A DNA stretch of 64,000 nucleotides from a virus: positions 64,001-128,000 of IMG/VR virus record IMGVR_UViG_3300042691_041718. One strand, written 5' to 3'. How positions within the stretch are numbered: position 1 is the stretch's first letter; the number at the start of each line of letters is the position of its first letter. Both the position numbers and the translations under genes were made by a program. Positions 49,401-57,713 of this stretch are shown one piece after another. A model generated the notes under the pieces. It did not search any database and had not been told where the DNA came from. It saw only the letters and a program-made list of their open reading frames with translations.

Positions 49401-50951
49401 AGTGTAGATTCAATTATGTTTGGTAAAACAAAGGTGAATACTGTAATAGATGGTAGAACTATTGAAACAAATATCTTTTCCTCAAACTCAATTGTTTATT
49501 TCCTCACAAATAGAAATTTTGTTGGTAAAGTAAGATCTTATAAAAACACCGGACTTATACAAAATATGCAATTTGATTCATTAAATGTTTCAAAAGCGAC
49601 TACTATTAATAATACAGATGATAGAAGTATTTTTGCATATAACTCTTGGATTGATGTTGTATATGATCAAAGTTCAGCTACTAATATATTTAAACCTTTA
49701 ACTGATTATGATGCTCTAACAGATAATAACATATCAAATAATAATTTATATGGTTATATAACCTATGATGTTTTATCAAGTGTTTCTAAATTTAGAGATA
49801 GTTTTTCAACATCTATTAGAAATTATAAATTAGGAACAAAATATAAAGTTTTTAATGATTACATAGGGGATTCTGGTAAATTCTCTGAATACTTTAGACC
49901 AAACTCACAAAAGTTTAAAGATCTTGGTTGGAAATGGAGTACATCATCATCATCCGGATCATATATTACCTTCTCCAGAAATGAAGCTAAAGATCTAATT
50001 GGTGGATTCTTTACAACAATTCTTCCGATAAAGGGGAAAGAGTTGAAAGTTTCAGCCAGATATGATGGAGGTGTTCTAAATTTACAGAATCCACTTGAAG
50101 ATGTTGGTAATAGAGATACTGATAAATTAGAACAAAATAGATACACTATGATTGAGTTTGATCTAGTTAATAAAGATGTAGTTGAAAATAATTATGTTGG
50201 TAGATCATCTGAGTATAATCCAAGACCTATGGAATTACCAATTTTACACTTTGGTAACTTAAACGTTATATCTAAAAAGATTATTTATCCAACATTAAAT
50301 ACCTTCATAACAAATACAGTAGAAGCATCTTATTTACCTGTTTATAAAAATGTTAATCATATTTTAACACCAAATAAGAAGAAAGTAGAATACTTCTTTA
50401 ATAAAAGAGACTTAATGATGTCATTTAGAGGATCTGGTGATAGTGGTAAGAATATTTCGGAATTTGTTATAGATAATTTAAATTTCTTTGAGGTTGATAT
50501 GATACCATTCTTTAAATATTTTACAAATGAAAATATTAATAATTCTGTACAAGCACCACTTGTTAGTAAAAGAACTTATAGAAGAGAAAATCAATATGCT
50601 TATAGATTCATCGAATTAACTCCTAAATTTGATAGAATAGAAAGAAATCAATATTTAGAAGAAACTTATCAAAATGTTGGTTTACCTGGGTTATCAAGTG
50701 AATTATGGGTTGATTCAACTGATATTACACCGTTTGATGTGCCATTTGATCCACCTGTTAATATTGTTATACCAGAACCAACATATGGTGGTAATACTGA
50801 CTATTGGAGTGTAGTTTACAATTCATGGCCAACATATACATCAGAAGATTCACCATTTATAGGAGTGGAATGGGTGCCTGGTTATGGAGCAGATGAGTAT
50901 GGGCCTGAATCAAGACCACCATCGAGTTGGACAAACATAGCGTATGACTAA
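46416..50951 (+). CDS. Giant putative virion protein
   Basis: 1511 aa; P-domain-like module (VNIDHTWDGDLILNLKGP...GNWTLYIKDDAGLDVGKLNTWTIEF); G-x-W tracts; ends WTNIAYD. Confidence 0.65.
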   Translation: MGWSQNINRDTYIGGSLPSGITTVIADTQKNFGWTYSLMKYKDSPNEASFMALRVNPLIYTQSNSDITFWYNRPGISTLPPISENYTQAHMLQKAIGFYNTTPKSFKKDKVYQFNTVMMNYLQIGENTTYARQWRSPALYLVTPIGDKAELLADKTFYKDYRQNINGSDLTDYDFKKSDTFIIPWAYFESKASLDTLNSVDGSGRIFTFHYYSTPKEDVSSFLSERPSTFYSNILFGNSHANTTYNNLITISNHRYTEFKGNGNQTSGNHLNTGEGIVSYSVNETDWLIQGFSYVSLFKTEVITTPFTPPTTRSTFSAKPWTEGGNLFGNGWYVAQNRYIWYDRPKSTTTNWQSIVFPSGAALYKGLANEPYFNMPVGGPWSNGPTVDIPNWYDRFGFHPDDESDVIGLVTPNRSTETVNSGSGLNGYSKSPHEGFRKNNYIAKFINYDKFNLSFKYKNTRNDNIGIKFYLSSRLPSQRPIATYIASSSPNLTIADWGTTTDTISVPLDSNNYLTSATTLKEIKVTVNIDHTWDGDLILNLKGPAANDVQGIGKVINLFNREKGNSDNLKSTVFTSDDTKNSISKGSAPFTDTFRMKKDVGVGYGAYRSNTQDIRKLLNSSDSIVGNWTLYIKDDAGLDVGKLNTWTIEFLFDDNSSQNYLGSLTYSVTDKDYTFYGLQGNQYLIFVGDTVPQTTGATYIVASLTDLKIEETYHIQNNTLLSVGTNSFPTGYLNYGFGLFDSYDYIETPKFYYNIGVGNTLNAVRSITYSTIKTKVGTGKFKSGIWEDGNWINGYREDRSVRNFFDVSQFYSYNRDKKWRLTISGPSYNVNNFNVGDKISISNIVAIDINNERKLIRNYYTVISKTNNTLLVEFEYDFPLRRVEKDSPYHFIYVTKNIWLSGNFFNGYFNGGVWTNGSFYGLPHTTKMVDTQWIDGELSGGHFKSNIISFTYSSGNIGLTNSSTGLRGRFINITLSATHSLNVGDEIYVSEFEDDSVDSIMFGKTKVNTVIDGRTIETNIFSSNSIVYFLTNRNFVGKVRSYKNTGLIQNMQFDSLNVSKATTINNTDDRSIFAYNSWIDVVYDQSSATNIFKPLTDYDALTDNNISNNNLYGYITYDVLSSVSKFRDSFSTSIRNYKLGTKYKVFNDYIGDSGKFSEYFRPNSQKFKDLGWKWSTSSSSGSYITFSRNEAKDLIGGFFTTILPIKGKELKVSARYDGGVLNLQNPLEDVGNRDTDKLEQNRYTMIEFDLVNKDVVENNYVGRSSEYNPRPMELPILHFGNLNVISKKIIYPTLNTFITNTVEASYLPVYKNVNHILTPNKKKVEYFFNKRDLMMSFRGSGDSGKNISEFVIDNLNFFEVDMIPFFKYFTNENINNSVQAPLVSKRTYRRENQYAYRFIELTPKFDRIERNQYLEETYQNVGLPGLSSELWVDSTDITPFDVPFDPPVNIVIPEPTYGGNTDYWSVVYNSWPTYTSEDSPFIGVEWVPGYGADEYGPESRPPSSWTNIAYD

Positions 50952-50954
50952 AAT

Positions 50955-50985
50955 AAAAAAGAGTTACTGTTGTAACTCTTTTTTT
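50955..50985. terminator. Bidirectional intrinsic terminator
   Basis: AAAAAAGAGTTAC-TGTT-GTAACTCTTTTTT. Confidence 0.85.
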
Positions 50986-51677
50986 ATTAAATATAAGTGA
51001 CCAACATTACCGTTTTTAGCATGATGACCCATCGAATCTATTCTTGTTTTATCACCTTTTAGTTTTAAACCAGTTAGTTTTTGTTTACCTAAAATTCTTT
51101 TTTCACCGTTACAAGTACTACAATGATTTAATCCAACTTGACCCTTTCCATTACAAAAAGAACATTCTTGGTCCATATATTTACCAGTACCTTCACAAAA
51201 GTCACAACCATCATCAGCATCAAAAACTTTTAAAATATTACCATCGTTATCACGAATAATAATTTTTGATGAGAAGTCTTTACCAGTACCATCACAAGAT
51301 TTACACTTTACCCATCTTTCAAATTCGACTGTTCCATCAAAATCATCATCAACTTGTATTATAATATCATTTACTTCATTTTTTTTAAATTTTTCTCTAG
51401 TTGATTTAACATCATCATATTCTAAATCAATATTTATATTAAATAACTCATAGTATTCATTATAGTTATTTCCATATTTAGATTTTAAATCATAGTCACT
51501 TCGATTCTCACCACATAAAACATCATAAGCCTCGGTCATTTCGGAGAAAATATCAGCATCTCCATTCTTATCAGGATGGTGTTTAAAACTCAACTTATAA
51601 TAAGATTTTTTTATTGTTTTTTCATCTGCATTTTTAGGAACACCTAAAATAGCATAATAATTTTTTGATAAATTCAT
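50964..51677 (-). CDS. dnaJ: DnaJ-family co-chaperone (J domain plus CxxCxGxG zinc finger, shortened)
   Basis: NYYAILGV, HHPDK, then CKSCDGTG, CDFCEGTG, CSFCNGKG and CSTCNGE. Confidence 0.88.
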   Translation of the reverse strand: MNLSKNYYAILGVPKNADEKTIKKSYYKLSFKHHPDKNGDADIFSEMTEAYDVLCGENRSDYDLKSKYGNNYNEYYELFNINIDLEYDDVKSTREKFKKNEVNDIIIQVDDDFDGTVEFERWVKCKSCDGTGKDFSSKIIIRDNDGNILKVFDADDGCDFCEGTGKYMDQECSFCNGKGQVGLNHCSTCNGEKRILGKQKLTGLKLKGDKTRIDSMGHHAKNGNVGHLYLIKKELQQ

Positions 51678-51865
51678 TAGTCTTGACTTCTATATTTTTT
51701 CTCAATATAAGCTGCTCTACTTTTAGCTGCTCTTTTTTTATCAGTGTTTTTAATAAATTCTTTTCGAGATCTTAACTCTTTAATCATTTTGTTTTTATCC
51801 CACTTCTTTTTAAGTTTTTTAAGTGCTCTTTCAATACCACTTTTATCTACTTCAACTATTAACAT
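51677..51865 (-). CDS. rpsU: Ribosomal protein bS21
   Basis: 62 aa basic protein: IVEV...IERALKKLKKK...ELRSRKEFIK...KKR. Confidence 0.85.
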   Translation of the reverse strand: MLIVEVDKSGIERALKKLKKKWDKNKMIKELRSRKEFIKNTDKKRAAKSRAAYIEKKYRSQD

Positions 51866-51866
51866 A

Positions 51867-52151
51867 TTATTCTTTATTTTTTAATAAATTATCTAATCTG
51901 TGATTTCTCATAAATGCTGTTCTTTCAGTTTCAGTCATATTATTAAAATCTTCAAAAGATAAATCTATACCCATTAGTTTCAAACCGAACTCTATATATT
52001 CCTGAATTGAAGTTGTCTTATCAACCCAAGAATAACCTGTAATAGTGTTGCTATTACCAATTACGATATTATTATACCCACCTACAACACTATTAGTTCC
52101 AATACCATAACTAGATGTACTTGTACTACAACTTCCCAAAATATTTGCCAT
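51867..52151 (-). CDS. Hypothetical protein with tail RNHRLDNLL
   Basis: 94 aa; the Gly/Asn-rich N-half (NSVVGGYNNIVIGNSN) resembles beta-roll fibre repeats. Confidence 0.6.
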   Translation of the reverse strand: MANILGSCSTSTSSYGIGTNSVVGGYNNIVIGNSNTITGYSWVDKTTSIQEYIEFGLKLMGIDLSFEDFNNMTETERTAFMRNHRLDNLLKNKE

Positions 52152-52166
52152 AACTATTATTATTTT

Positions 52167-54125
52167 TTAGTCTAAGAAGTTTACCTCCTCAATTGTTGAG
52201 AAAACATCTTTGTTTATTTTTAAAATTCTATCGAACATTTCTTGATTTAAGATAGCATGGTGTACAACAAATATATTTATGTTATACTCGTTTGCGAACG
52301 ATTTTAAGAGTGTTAAAATAGAATCTATACCTTCGATATCAATTGAAGAGAAAACCTCGTCTAAGAACAAAATATTGATATGTCGTTTAGTTCGGATTAA
52401 CTTTAAGTAAGCAATTAAAATAGCAATGTTTACTTTTTTATTCTCACCAGTAGATAATGAATCACTTTCAATTGGTGAACCAAATTGTCTGATTTCCGCT
52501 GTAAATGTTTCATCCAACTTAACATCAAAAGCAATACCCATCTTAGTTATATTCTCATGTATAAAGTGGTTAAGTGGTTTAATAATACCAGCAATAATTG
52601 ACTTTTTAACACCATCTTCACCAAATATTCTAGATAGTTCTTTATAGTATAATTCTTTATCTTTACAAACTGTAACATTATCTTTACTAAAAGACATTTT
52701 TTCTTCTAACTCTTCAATTGATTTTTTAAACTCGTCAACATTTGGTAAGTTATCAACTTGTTCAAGTTCTTTCTTTTTAGTTAGTTGATCAATTTGAGTT
52801 TTACAGTTCTTTAAAAAGAAACTCATTTCGCTGAATGTTTCATTTGTTTTAGTTGAAATTTCTTTCAGTTTAAGTTGCTTCTCTTTTATATTTTTGATAT
52901 TCTCGTCTATTTCAGTCTTAATTTTTTCAAAACCCTCTTTTTTCTCAACAAGTGATTGTCTTAAAGAAGAGTAGTAATCAGAATTAAAATCTGTTCTACA
53001 AGTGGGACATTTACCAGAGTCATAAAGATCGATCTCTTTCTGTGTATTACGAATATCATTTTGGATATTAATGTATTGTTTTTTTTCATTTTCAATTTCA
53101 TTTGATAAAATTTCCTCTTTTTCTTTAATCTTTTCTACTTTTTCTTTAAGAGCTTTATAATCTTCCTTTTTAGAATTCATTTCTTCCATAAGACGATCAA
53201 TATCAGCTTGTAGATTTAATTTTTCTTTTTCAATTGAAAGTTTAATAGTTTTATCAATTGATCTTTGAATTGATTCAATAGACTCTTCTAAAGTATTTAT
53301 TTCAGAGTTTAAAGAAGCCATTCTTGTTTTATTTGACTTGTTTATATCTTTTAAAATACTATTTAAGATATTGATTACTTCTAAGTTAAAAAGTTTATCT
53401 AAAAGTAGTTGTTTTTCTTCATTTGAAAGAGATATAAAGTTTTTGAAGTCATTTATAGACATAGATATAAAAGATTTGAATGTTTCAATATCCATACCTA
53501 CATACTTTTCAATCTTTTCATCTATATTTGATTTACCAGCTCTTTCATTGTGAACTCCGTTTTCCCAAAGTTCCAACTTATTTGGTGAAATACCTCTTTT
53601 GATTTCAACATCAACACCGTTAGAATTGAATGAAATTCTATTTAATAATTCACCATTAATTCTATTTGGGAGAGTTGATAAAGTAGACCATTTTTTTTGA
53701 CGGCCACCTCTTACTTTACCATAAAGTGTATATTCAAAGGAAGATAGAAATGATGAATTATGACTTAATATTCCATTAGAATAGTATTCATGACCATCTA
53801 CTTCAATATCCCATAAATCTTCTCTTTTATCATCTTTTAATATTGATAAAATAGTCTGTACACCATTTTTAGTATTTATAAAATCACCTATTTTTAGATT
53901 TTTTAAGAAAATCCAATTTTCTAAATATTTAACTCTGTGATTTGGAGAACCAATCAATTCAAAATCCTTTGTTTTTATTATTATTTTTTCGGAATTAGGT
54001 GATGTTATACCAATTTCTTTTATATTTTTCCAACCATTTGGAGTATTTACTTTAACACCTTTATTGATGATAGACAGTTTATTATTTAGAATATTCAGCC
54101 TTTTTAGATCTATTTTAAATTCCAT
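52167..54125 (-). CDS. C-terminal half of an SbcC/Rad50 (T4 gp46-like) ATPase, preceded by a C-intein
   Basis: After ...ILSHN comes SSFLSSFEYTLYG, coiled coils, CPTC hook, LSTGE signature, LFLDE Walker B, SSID D-loop and VVHH. Confidence 0.92.
   Translation of the reverse strand: MEFKIDLKRLNILNNKLSIINKGVKVNTPNGWKNIKEIGITSPNSEKIIIKTKDFELIGSPNHRVKYLENWIFLKNLKIGDFINTKNGVQTILSILKDDKREDLWDIEVDGHEYYSNGILSHNSSFLSSFEYTLYGKVRGGRQKKWSTLSTLPNRINGELLNRISFNSNGVDVEIKRGISPNKLELWENGVHNERAGKSNIDEKIEKYVGMDIETFKSFISMSINDFKNFISLSNEEKQLLLDKLFNLEVINILNSILKDINKSNKTRMASLNSEINTLEESIESIQRSIDKTIKLSIEKEKLNLQADIDRLMEEMNSKKEDYKALKEKVEKIKEKEEILSNEIENEKKQYINIQNDIRNTQKEIDLYDSGKCPTCRTDFNSDYYSSLRQSLVEKKEGFEKIKTEIDENIKNIKEKQLKLKEISTKTNETFSEMSFFLKNCKTQIDQLTKKKELEQVDNLPNVDEFKKSIEELEEKMSFSKDNVTVCKDKELYYKELSRIFGEDGVKKSIIAGIIKPLNHFIHENITKMGIAFDVKLDETFTAEIRQFGSPIESDSLSTGENKKVNIAILIAYLKLIRTKRHINILFLDEVFSSIDIEGIDSILTLLKSFANEYNINIFVVHHAILNQEMFDRILKINKDVFSTIEEVNFLD
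53757..54125 (-). mobile_element. C-intein fragment (123 aa) of a split intein
   Basis: VNTPNGWKNI, block B LIGSPNHRV, LKIGDFI, block F/G LWDIEVDGHEYYSNGILSHN; +1 residue Ser. Confidence 0.88.
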
Positions 54126-55653
54126 ATATACTTTTTATTTTATTTTCTATTTCTTCTATATTGTTTGAAAAAAAATGTTTAATATTATTATCAATACAAA
54201 ATGATTTTTTTTCATTATATTTATCATTGTGTTTTTTGATTTTATACATACCTGTATATTCTATATAAATATCATGATCAATTAAATAAAAATCACATCT
54301 TTTTTTAGAATTTGGATATAATTTTTCGTACTTATATGAAATTTCATTATATTTTAAAAATTTAGCAATCATATACTCACCGGAACTTCTACAAAGATGA
54401 TTATTATAATATCTCATGTAACCATATTTGCATTTTATACTTGGATTAACAGACATTAGATATTCAAACATTTTTTCATAAGTAGTTTTATAAAAATATG
54501 ATACTATAACTTTTTTTATTTTTAAAACAATATCAGTTATACTAAAGTTTTCCATTAAATAATCTACTAATTTAAAATAATTATCAAAAGATAATAAAAA
54601 AACAATATCTTCTTTATCTTTAAAATTATTAGATTTTATAAACTCATCTACCCATTTATCACCATACATTTTTTCATAATATGATGGAGTTCCATAAGTT
54701 TTTTCATAATTTTCCAAAAGAAATGAATACATATCTTCTTTATTCGTATTGTATATTTCATATAATACTGAATAATTAAGTCTATAACTTATTTTAGCTA
54801 AAGTTAAATTATCATTTATAAGAGTTATTATCATATCTTTATAATTCTCAAATGATAATAGATATCTAATATCTTCTTTATCTTTAAATGATGTAGTTTC
54901 TATATACTTTTCCAACCAAATATCACCATACTTATTTTTAAAATGTTCTATGGATCTAGAATCTTTATCATCGATTCCATTGTAATCGGATTCCATCAAA
55001 GATTTTCGCCATTTATTTTGGCGTTCTGACCAAATTCTTTTACCTTCATCGGATCCATATTTAGAAATACACTTTTCTAATGAAAATGTTGATTGTCTAT
55101 TAGATAATTTAATTTTAGATTCTTCTAAATTAAAACCTTTGTTTATCCAGTAATTTATATTATTACTTCTTTTTGATGATATAATTTCTCTAAACTCCAC
55201 ATCATTTTCCAATTTTGATATAAAACAACTATTACTATTTTTCTGAAACTCATTTGACTTTATTATAGAATTTTCCAATGTATATCCTCTCTCCATCCAA
55301 TATTCCTTGTTCATTTTTCGTTGAGATTTTATTTTATATTCAGAATCTTCTAAACTAAATCCCCTTTTTAACCAAAAATTTATATTCATAGGAGATGTTT
55401 CAACATTTTTAATTGTTGGTACTCTTTTTATTTTAGCGGTTTCTTCATCCCAGCCTCTACTTAACCAATATATTAGAGTTTTTTTACCAAACTTTGGCAT
55501 TCCTATTAAAGACTTCATTTTTGATATAAATGAGGTCTTCCCACATTCAAAATTAAAATCTTTAAATAGATTTAAGATCTCATTTTTTTTATCTGGGTGA
55601 AAATCAATTAGATAATTATCTAATTGATTTTTGTTTTTTAATATATTGCTCAT
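54115..55653 (-). mobile_element. Free-standing PD-(D/E)xK/Vsr-like endonuclease between the split-intein halves
   Basis: Repeats of YW.xRG(W/F/Y)x.E; C-terminal RSSGEYMIAKFL...YKYE...RCDFYL...IYIEYTG. Confidence 0.75.
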
Positions 55654-55915
55654 ATAAAGAATAATTATTTTCTTTTATATATTCAATATATTCCTTTCCC
55701 CCATCCATTATTTCCAAAAAAGTACAAAAATCATCTATATTCAAATTATCTATTGAAAATTTTATCTCAATCTCAGTTTTATCAACAACAGATTTTCCAT
55801 TTCCGTTGTTTCCAACTAGTAAGATAAGTTCTCCTTTTTCTGTATTTAATTTTACGACTTGTTCATTATTTCCGAATGATTTAAAACCTCTAATTCCAAT
55901 TTCGCTAATCAGCAT
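55616..55915 (-). CDS. N-terminal 41 aa of the SbcC/gp46 ATPase plus a 58-aa N-intein
   Basis: IGIRGFKSFGN and LLVGNNGNGK (Walker A), then SVVDKTEIEIK, which fits intein block A (S/C-x4-T-x-I); the N-intein starts at 55792. Confidence 0.85.
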   Translation of the reverse strand: MLISEIGIRGFKSFGNNEQVVKLNTEKGELILLVGNNGNGKSVVDKTEIEIKFSIDNLNIDDFCTFLEIMDGGKEYIEYIKENNYSLYEQYIKKQKSIR

Positions 55916-55947
55916 AATATAAAAATAATTTTTAAATTATACTAATT

Positions 55948-56322
55948 TTATTGAAATAAGTTTGAGTTAGTTGCTGTTATTATTTCCTCCGGTTTTACTT
56001 CATCTAAAACAATTTTACCTAAGTCTTCTTCGTAATATGAAACATATTTTTCAAAGTCAACTTCATCCAATCTTTTAGATATTTCTTCATATGGAATTAA
56101 TTTTTTTAAAATACTTTCTAATAAGTCTTTATATCCATCCCATAATTCTATATTCATGCCAATTACATCTTCAACTGTTTCATCAGTCGTTAAGACAATA
56201 TTTTTATCTGAATAAAAAATGGTACCTTCGTAAAATTTATTATCTATATTTAGACTAATTAATACCAAGACACCATTTTCATATTTACCCATATAATCTA
56301 CTATATCGGCTTTAATCTCCAT
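55948..56322 (-). CDS. Hypothetical protein
   Basis: 124 aa acidic ORF. Confidence 0.6.
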   Translation of the reverse strand: MEIKADIVDYMGKYENGVLVLISLNIDNKFYEGTIFYSDKNIVLTTDETVEDVIGMNIELWDGYKDLLESILKKLIPYEEISKRLDEVDFEKYVSYYEEDLGKIVLDEVKPEEIITATNSNLFQ

Positions 56323-56548
56323 TTAAAATATCATTTATTTTTTCATCTCTTTTAATCTGATCATTATTTAATAAATAACCAGAATTAATTAAAGTCCACT
56401 TAATGGACTCAGCCATTTCATTTCTACCATCACCATAAGCATATAACATATCTTTATAGTAGGTGTGAATTGCCTGTCTTTCTTCTTTATCTTCTAATTT
56501 GTGTATTTTATTTAAATCTAAAAAATATTTTCCAATTTTATCATTCAT
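56312..56548 (-). CDS. Hypothetical protein with tail RDEKINDIL
   Basis: 78 aa ORF. Confidence 0.65.
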   Translation of the reverse strand: MNDKIGKYFLDLNKIHKLEDKEERQAIHTYYKDMLYAYGDGRNEMAESIKWTLINSGYLLNNDQIKRDEKINDILNGD

Positions 56549-56556
56549 TATAATTA

Positions 56557-56829
56557 TTACAATTTTTCATCAATAATAAATTCAATCTTTTTAAATCTAT
56601 TATCTAAGTCTGTGAAGATAATTGATATTTTATCAACATCTTTAAACTCTCTCGCTTCACCAGTAAATTCGTTTACCATTACATCTTTTTTGTAAACTAC
56701 ATCAATACCTGGCTCTTCACCTAAAAATCTTCTCATATCTTCCTTGATTTGAGATAATTTCCAATCATCTACTTTAAAATTTATTTTAGAAATATAATCT
56801 CTAATTGCGATTTCTTTCATTGAGTTCAT
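56557..56829 (-). CDS. Hypothetical protein
   Basis: 90 aa ORF. Confidence 0.6.
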   Translation of the reverse strand: MNSMKEIAIRDYISKINFKVDDWKLSQIKEDMRRFLGEEPGIDVVYKKDVMVNEFTGEAREFKDVDKISIIFTDLDNRFKKIEFIIDEKL

Positions 56830-56845
56830 ACAAATTATTTATTTT

Positions 56846-57181
56846 TTAAAATCTACCACCTCTATCTATGAAGTAAGTATTATTTTTTTCGATAATCTCT
56901 AAATTATTATGTACTATTTGACAATAAGTTTCAAAATTATCAATATCTTCTTTTTCTAAATCAAACCACTCCCCACTTACTTTACAAGCTTTAAACTTCT
57001 TATGAAGATGTGCTTCTATTTTAGTCCCCCACTTTGAATGAAATGACTTTTCTATTTTTAGGTCAGAAGCATTACCAGTTTTGAATTCTTTCATTCTTTC
57101 ATTTATACTTCTTTTTGTGTAACCTATTTTATAAAGTTTTTTACCTCCAAATTCTGATGAGATTAAATATACATTTATCAT
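56846..57181 (-). CDS. T5orf172/MUG113-type GIY-YIG-like protein
   Basis: VYLI...YKIGYT...ERMKEFKTGN...IEAHLHKKF...GEWF. Confidence 0.8.
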   Translation of the reverse strand: MINVYLISSEFGGKKLYKIGYTKRSINERMKEFKTGNASDLKIEKSFHSKWGTKIEAHLHKKFKACKVSGEWFDLEKEDIDNFETYCQIVHNNLEIIEKNNTYFIDRGGRF

Positions 57182-57214
57182 AATGTATATATAATCACCT
57201 CATGTCTCTATTTT

Positions 57215-57478
57215 TTATTTTTTAAATATATCTTCTTTATAAGAAGAGATTAGTTTACTTATCTCTTTTTGAGCCTTATTTTTATCTAACTCACCTATTG
57301 GAATATAAAAAGTCTTACGATATGGAATCGGATATGTCGGTGATTTCTTACCATACAATTTAGCAATTTTATTTCTTCTTTCGAATGTTTGTAACATACC
57401 AGTTATATCCTCCCATACATTTTTCTTCTTTTTCTTAACAAAGAGACTTTTTACAAACTCCACTATTTTATTTATCAT
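57215..57478 (-). CDS. Mini protein with a portal-like segment and an internal RRNKIAKL
   Basis: RKTFYIPIGELDKNKAQKEISKLISSYKED. Confidence 0.6.
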   Translation of the reverse strand: MINKIVEFVKSLFVKKKKKNVWEDITGMLQTFERRNKIAKLYGKKSPTYPIPYRKTFYIPIGELDKNKAQKEISKLISSYKEDIFKK

Positions 57479-57713
57479 AAATTTTTTTAATTTTTACTCT
57501 TCTTTTATCATGTCTTGGGTTGTATGGAAACCAATAGTTATTGAAAGATATAAAATGACCTGATAAGTCAACCTCTCCAGTTTTTTCATCAATCTTTATA
57601 GAAAATTTTTTATAATTACTTTTTCTTCTTACCAAGTGTTTTAACACTTCTTTTAACTTCTTCATCATCAGTATCGTCTCCGTATTTAAAATCCAAGTGA
57701 AATAGAGTACCAA
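57468..57713 (-). CDS. Mini protein with a portal-like segment and tail RRVKIKKI
   Basis: IKIDEKTGEVDLSGHFISFNNYWFP. The start is uncertain (GTG 57713 or ATG near 57668). Confidence 0.5.
   Translation of the reverse strand: MVLYFTWILNTETILMMKKLKEVLKHLVRRKSNYKKFSIKIDEKTGEVDLSGHFISFNNYWFPYNPRHDKRRVKIKKIYDK

Noticed and set aside
54115-55653. Group I/II intron explanation for the SbcC interruption
   Set aside because: The three ORFs overlap with no non-coding space for a ribozyme core, and each has its own ATG. A split intein fits better, though RT-PCR is needed to exclude splicing.
56557-56829. RFKKIEFII near the C-terminus, and VRKKLKKL at 4648, as further tail copies
   Set aside because: They fit the loose pattern, but the first is in a beta-strand-like context and both could be chance in a K/I-rich proteome, so they were not counted.
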